A stretch of 64,000 nucleotides of DNA from Candidatus Culexmicrobium cathedralense (GTDB taxonomy: Archaea > Thermoproteota > Methanomethylicia > Culexarchaeales > Culexmicrobiaceae), in the NCBI GenBank assembly GCA_025061115.1, contig JANZKC010000001.1:288001-352000 (forward strand), given 5' to 3'. Made by a program: the position numbers and the translations under genes. Below the pieces are notes generated by a model. That model saw only the letters and a program-made list of their open reading frames with translations. It was not told the DNA's origin and did no database searches. Of this stretch, positions 60,273-64,000 are shown piece by piece; positions within the stretch are counted from its first letter, which is position 1; each line of letters begins with the position of its first letter.

Positions 60273-60932
60273 TTACTTCCCATCCCGAACGAGTGTAAGT
60301 GCTGCTCCAATCGCCCCCTCAAATGCTCTAACCTCATCTTCAGCCCAGCAAAGCAAAATAGCATCACCTTCCTCAACTTTAAATTTAGATTTAAGATATT
60401 CAATTTCCTTAGAATAGATTTTCCCAACCACTTCACGCGTTTTGGGAAATCTAATTTCGCCATTTTCGACAATCAATGTTGTAGCTCCACTAGCTCCACT
60501 TTTTATTGCCTCATCTCTTTGGAGAATACCGTCAATAACTTTAGCTGCTCCACCTTCAACTTTAATTCCAACAACAAACTCCCCTGGAGCTAACTTGGAA
60601 ATTTTCGAGGCTTCAAGCTCCTCCAACTCAACTACCCTTTTAGCTTCAAGATATTCATGAATTGCAGCTTCTCCCTCCCTGGTAAGCGTGCACCCACCCT
60701 TGGCAACCTCAATTAATCCCCTAGCTTTCAACCTATCAATTAAACCTCTCACCACTCCCTGACTCAATTTAAGCTTCCTAGCAAGCGCATACCTTCCTAT
60801 GGGTCCCTCCCTCTCAATGACTTTTAAAGCAACTAGCACTTTAAGCGCATCCAATCGGGGGACAGGACCCTTAGGAACTTTACGCCAGCTGCGAATAATT
60901 TCTTCCAAAATCGTCATGATCTCCAATATCAT
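60273..60932 (-). CDS. wHTH plus DUF4443-like protein
   Basis: PIGRYALARKL, GCTLTREG, QRDEAIKSGASGAT. Confidence 0.8.
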   Translation of the reverse strand: MILEIMTILEEIIRSWRKVPKGPVPRLDALKVLVALKVIEREGPIGRYALARKLKLSQGVVRGLIDRLKARGLIEVAKGGCTLTREGEAAIHEYLEAKRVVELEELEASKISKLAPGEFVVGIKVEGGAAKVIDGILQRDEAIKSGASGATTLIVENGEIRFPKTREVVGKIYSKEIEYLKSKFKVEEGDAILLCWAEDEVRAFEGAIGAALTLVRDGK

Positions 60933-60968
60933 TAACCTAAGACACCAATATTAACTTTAGCAAAGGTT

Positions 60969-61610
60969 TCACGGAGGTTTTGGAGGCCACTGAGCTACAC
61001 TCTCATATACCCAAATTACCGTTGACCCATCAGACAGCACATACCTATCACATCCAACAGAACCCAACCTCCACTCGCCTATTTCCGAATCCCAATACCA
61101 CCAAATCCAATACATCAACTTACCTGGATTATTACTGACGCCTCCAATTGCATTTATAAACACGCCTAACTGCTGCATGACGGAATAATCAACTCCAATC
61201 ACCTTGACGGTAGCATTAAAAAGCGTATCACCAAGCCTAAGCTCTGTGGAATTAAACCAAATCCGAGTGCCATTACCAAAATCTATTCCAATATTAACGT
61301 GAATCCTTCCACCAGCAATGCTGCACACCTCCCTCAACGTTGCAGTGCAACTCTCCAGCTTCAATGCAACTCCAAAAGCTTCACTGTCAGTTGCATTTTC
61401 AAGAGCTTCCATCAAGTCATCAACAAGCACATTAAGCTTAGAGCCAACTTTTTCCAAAGCACTATTAACGTCCGAGTACATTCTTTCCAACTCTTCAAAC
61501 CTACTATAGTAGTAAGCTGCAGCTACAGTTGAAACTACAGCCCAAACAAGTATTATTCCAACAAGAATCCAAGGATACTTAGCGCTCGTCAACTCTACCA
61601 CCCAGCCCAT
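60969..61610 (-). CDS. Membrane-anchored DUF4430-domain protein
   Basis: IDFGNGT, FINAIGGV.N, YWIWWYW, VGCDRY.L.DG. Confidence 0.8.
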   Translation of the reverse strand: MGWVVELTSAKYPWILVGIILVWAVVSTVAAAYYYSRFEELERMYSDVNSALEKVGSKLNVLVDDLMEALENATDSEAFGVALKLESCTATLREVCSIAGGRIHVNIGIDFGNGTRIWFNSTELRLGDTLFNATVKVIGVDYSVMQQLGVFINAIGGVSNNPGKLMYWIWWYWDSEIGEWRLGSVGCDRYVLSDGSTVIWVYESVAQWPPKPP

Positions 61611-62145
61611 TAATCTTTGTAACCAAAATTGAAGTTATGAGGGCAGATGAAAACTCGGTTACAGGTCCAACCGCATATAAGTATCCACCCATAACCGGCA
61701 GGAACAAGCCTACAACCCCCATTATGAATGCTTCAAGAGGAGGCATTAAAGGCAAGTACAATAAGAATGAGCTCAAAACATCATACAGCAAATACAGAAT
61801 GTAAGATGTCACTAGAACTTCAATTTTCGAAGCCATCCTTCCATTCCAAATCAATCCACTAACTGCGCCAATTAACCCGCATAGCATGCTCGTCACAATA
61901 GTCCAAAAACCCAATCCCAAAATCACGTCGGAAACAATAAAGGATAGCACTCCAACAGCAAAACCATAAATTGGCCCTAACAGCGAGCCTGCAACAACAG
62001 TAAATGCACATGGAAAGTTTACGAATTGAAATGGACCCAATATGGAGTGCTTAAACAGTCTCAACGCCACAGCGGAAGCTGCAAAATTCGCTGTTAAAGC
62101 TAGCTTTATTGAGCTATTCACATAGGCAATTTTGCCTACAACCAC
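61579..62145 (-). CDS. ECF transporter S component
   Basis: Hydrophobic; G.LLGPIYG..VG.....VSD..LG.G.WT pattern. Confidence 0.75.
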   Translation of the reverse strand: MVVGKIAYVNSSIKLALTANFAASAVALRLFKHSILGPFQFVNFPCAFTVVAGSLLGPIYGFAVGVLSFIVSDVILGLGFWTIVTSMLCGLIGAVSGLIWNGRMASKIEVLVTSYILYLLYDVLSSFLLYLPLMPPLEAFIMGVVGLFLPVMGGYLYAVGPVTEFSSALITSILVTKINGLGGRVDER

Positions 62146-62220
62146 TTATATACTTTGCCCTTCCAACCGCAATTCAAAGCTTCAACTTCAAATTGAAATG
62201 TAAAATTGAAGAGAGTGCAC

Positions 62221-63426
62221 CTAGAAATCCTCAGTTAAATAATGCATGAGAGCATTTCTAACGCACTGAATATCTTTCAAGTACACGTGCTCATTTACGC
62301 CGTGGTAGTTGGTTCCCCTCCTAAGCGGCCCATAGCATATTGTCGGTATGCCCCTAGGTGCAAAATACCTTCCATCATTACCTCCAAATTCACCTGCAAT
62401 TGGTATCGGCTCGCCATAAGCCTTACTTGCAGCCTTTTGAAATGCCTTTGCCATCGGATGCTCAGGATCTATATGCCAATTTCCTCCACCTCTAACGTCT
62501 ACAAGCTCAGCATCAATCTGAGTTTCCTGCTTAACTGCAAGGAAGAATGATTTAAGCTCATTCATCGCTTCCTCTAAAGGCTCATCCGGAAGAACTCTCA
62601 AGTCAAACTTAGCTATTGCCTCCCCTGGAATCACATTTTCCTTCTCACCGGCCCTTAAAACCGTAATTGAAAATCTACCCCACAAGTATGGTAGTGGAGA
62701 TCCTGGCGGAGCAGGGATTTTTGAAATTTTCTTAGCTCGAACCTCAGAAAATCTCCTAAACCTATCTAAGAAAGTTATCAATCCATATATTGGATTCGAG
62801 TATAGGTGCGGGTATGCAGCGTGTCCCTGGGTACCTTTAACCCTAATAGTCCCCCTAATTATTCCTGAGGCCCCAATTGAAACTGCCTCTGGACCGCCGT
62901 CCAGAATAATGACTTCATCACATTGAACCTTAACCACGTTAACCAAGTATCCTATGCCAAATCTACCTCCAACCTCCTCATCTGGACTCATCATCAACTT
63001 CACATTAAACTTAGACCTGTCGGAGACGCGCCTCAAAGCTCCAAGCGCAGTTACTATAGCGCCCTTATCATCCGAAGCACCCCTCCCATAAGCTCTATCG
63101 TCAACTACTGTCAACTTGAATGGAGGATAAGCCCACCCATCACCTGGCGGAACCACGTCGTAGTGAGTTACAATTCCCAACGTCTTGTCGGCTCCAACAT
63201 CCAAAAACGCTACGAGATTCGGCCTTGAAATTTCATCGCCAGCGTAATCCACGCTATCATAAACTTCAACCTTCAATCCAATTGCTTCAGCCTCCTCCCT
63301 CAATATCTTAGCGCACTCAACATAACCAGTCTTCTTCATAACATCAGTATCAACCTCAACTATCCTACTCAAAATCTTCAACTCATAATCCACATCAAAC
63401 ACTTCAATCACCAAAAATAGCTCCAA
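62221..63426 (-). CDS. M20 family metallopeptidase (DapE/ArgE-like)
   Basis: HYDVVP, GRGASDDKG, DEEVGG, GHAA, HGVNE. Confidence 0.93.
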   Translation of the reverse strand: MELFLVIEVFDVDYELKILSRIVEVDTDVMKKTGYVECAKILREEAEAIGLKVEVYDSVDYAGDEISRPNLVAFLDVGADKTLGIVTHYDVVPPGDGWAYPPFKLTVVDDRAYGRGASDDKGAIVTALGALRRVSDRSKFNVKLMMSPDEEVGGRFGIGYLVNVVKVQCDEVIILDGGPEAVSIGASGIIRGTIRVKGTQGHAAYPHLYSNPIYGLITFLDRFRRFSEVRAKKISKIPAPPGSPLPYLWGRFSITVLRAGEKENVIPGEAIAKFDLRVLPDEPLEEAMNELKSFFLAVKQETQIDAELVDVRGGGNWHIDPEHPMAKAFQKAASKAYGEPIPIAGEFGGNDGRYFAPRGIPTICYGPLRRGTNYHGVNEHVYLKDIQCVRNALMHYLTEDF

Positions 63427-63438
63427 ACTAAACCTAAA

Positions 63439-64000
63439 TTAAGCTTCCTTACCTCTCTCACCAATCAAAGTCAAAGCTATTCCAAACAAGGTTAATGCAA
63501 TTGAAAAGTATGTAGCTGCATAGCATTTCTGCTTTAAAATGAATTCAGCAAGAATAGCAGCACCTACAGGCTCACCCAAAGTAACAGTTGTAACTGCAAT
63601 TAAGCTAAAAAACCTTAAAGCGTAGTTCAGCATGGTGTGCCCAAGCATCATTGGAACAACAGCCAACGCAAGGAAAGCCAGCCAGGATTTCAAGCCATAG
63701 CCAATTAAATCAACCTTATTTAATATGGCATATGCAAGCAATATGAGCGAAGCCCAACTATAAACAAGCCCAGTATAAGTTAAAGTGTCCATCTCCCGCC
63801 TAAGAAGCCTACCAACAGCAAAGTAAGCAGCTACAGATAAAGCTCCAACCAACGCATAAATTACTCCAAATAAACCCACTTCACCTACAACCCTTGAAGT
63901 TGAAAATGCAAGCTCAGCAATGCCAACTATTCCAACAACCGACCCTATAAGCTGAAGAAGCCTCGGCCTCTCCCCCAAAATCATGAAACCCAGAAAAGCC
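63439..64000 (-). CDS. DMT/EamA family transporter (5' end outside window)
   Basis: LGE.P, GHTMLNYALR, LGEPVGAAILA. Confidence 0.88.
   Translation of the reverse strand, partial: AFLGFMILGERPRLLQLIGSVVGIVGIAELAFSTSRVVGEVGLFGVIYALVGALSVAAYFAVGRLLRREMDTLTYTGLVYSWASLILLAYAILNKVDLIGYGLKSWLAFLALAVVPMMLGHTMLNYALRFFSLIAVTTVTLGEPVGAAILAEFILKQKCYAATYFSIALTLFGIALTLIGERGKEA

Overview
AT-rich archaeal DNA, most likely a TACK/Thermoproteota lineage (GGTGA-type RBSs, type I-A CRISPR with Csa1/Csa3/Csa5, crenarchaeal-style pur cluster, box C/D sRNAs). The type I-A CRISPR-Cas system is split. Array 1 (18 repeats) lies beside the interference operon csa3-csa5-cas7-cas5-cas8a-cas3'-cas3''-cas6. Array 2 (41 repeats) lies beside csa1-[vapBC]-cas1-cas2, about 30 kb away. 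A third, orphan leader with a collapsed repeat and a broken cas4 sits between them. Between the two halves are pyk and an 11-gene purine cluster. The least obvious structure is a diverged duplicate block (MFS-PrsW-two C/D sRNAs-speE) at about 5.3-10.3 kb and 48.0-50.5 kb. Each copy lies upstream of a CRISPR array. The protein genes of the second copy have decayed while the sRNAs survive in both. Also present: tldD/pmbA, a decaying opp operon, three VapBC modules, and ECF/M20/DMT genes. All calls come from manual reading of the sequence; no searches were run.
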